From Squalus acanthias (Eukaryota), in NCBI GenBank assembly GCA_030390025.1, contig CM059425.1, positions 170,688,001-170,752,000 of the forward strand: a stretch of DNA of 64,000 bases. The letters run 5' to 3'. Position numbers and translations under genes: made by a program. Every line of letters begins with the position of its first letter. Position 1 is the stretch's first letter. Under the pieces are notes generated by a model. That model searched no databases and was not told the origin of the DNA. It saw only the letters and a program-made list of their open reading frames with translations. Shown piece after piece: positions 63,462-64,000 of this stretch.

Positions 63462-63615
63462 CTTCCCTGCCTCTGCACCTGCTTAAAATCTGTTATATCT
63501 CTAACTTTTTCCAGTTCTGACGAAAGGTCATCGACCTGAAGCGCTAACTCTGTTTCTCTCTCCACAGATGCTGCATGACCTGTTGAGTATTTCCAGCATT
63601 TTCTGTTTCTATTTA
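63462..63615 (+). mobile_element. Penelope-like element terminal-repeat fragment
   Basis: ctctgcacctgcttaaaa...ttccagttctgacgaaaggtcatcgacctgaagcgctaactctgtttctctctccacagatgctgc...cagcattttctg resembles an abundant shark Penelope-type end (recalled, not searched). Confidence 0.7.
63513..63549 (+). ncRNA. Minimal type-I hammerhead ribozyme motif (variant core)
   Basis: Stem I AGTT/AACT; core CTGACGA; stem II AGGTC-atc-GACCT; GAAG in place of GAAA; palindromic AGCGCT stem III. Confidence 0.65.
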
Positions 63616-64000
63616 TAGTTGATTAGATTTCACTTTAAAGACTGTAAATTCTAAGATTATTCACACATTGTAATCATTTCAAAGCATAGCTAATGGGGTC
63701 TATTCAATTTCTACTTAAGAGACGGTTATATCAAATTAATTTTCCTGCCAAACTAAAGCTATAGAATGTTTATTAAAGATATCTGAAACCAGTTAAAAGT
63801 TGTGGAGAACACAAAACATATATTAGATAGACCACCATAAGCACGTGTATAATGTGTACTGATTCACTGTATGTGGTAAAGTACTGTACGCAAACACATT
63901 TGTTTGGATGGTTTAGACTTATTCCTCTTTACAAGTATTCCACATTACTAAGTTCTCCCACTATTCCATGCCTCCAAAACTGCCCCTTCTCCTACCTGCC

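Overview
Eukaryotic, repeat-dominated genomic DNA, almost certainly from a cartilaginous fish (shark or ray). The basis is HE1/V-SINE and Deu-type SINEs, several CR1 LINE subfamilies with short tandem-repeat tails, and Penelope-type terminal fragments. No intact host gene, rRNA/tRNA gene or CRISPR array is visible; the window looks intronic or intergenic. Main contents: (1) PIF/Harbinger DNA transposons, comprising one near-complete copy (19091-22702) with a disrupted DDE transposase and a convergent three-exon Myb/SANT-like gene, four more decayed copies, and many non-autonomous derivatives with ~12-bp TIRs and 3-bp TSDs, some nested three deep; (2) many CR1 LINE copies, including a 13-kb cluster (36013-49195) with one full-length copy and one 5' end carrying 76-bp tandem monomers; (3) L2 fragments, a decayed Gypsy-like pol, a solo-LTR-like insertion and small hAT-like MITEs; (4) three Penelope-type terminal fragments, one a perfect 31-bp fold-back with a 13-bp TSD and one carrying a minimal hammerhead-ribozyme fold. 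Two small minus-strand candidate exons and several TE-free AT-rich blocks may belong to an unseen host gene. Family names come from recognised motifs and recalled consensus sequences, not database searches; boundaries lacking TSDs are approximate.
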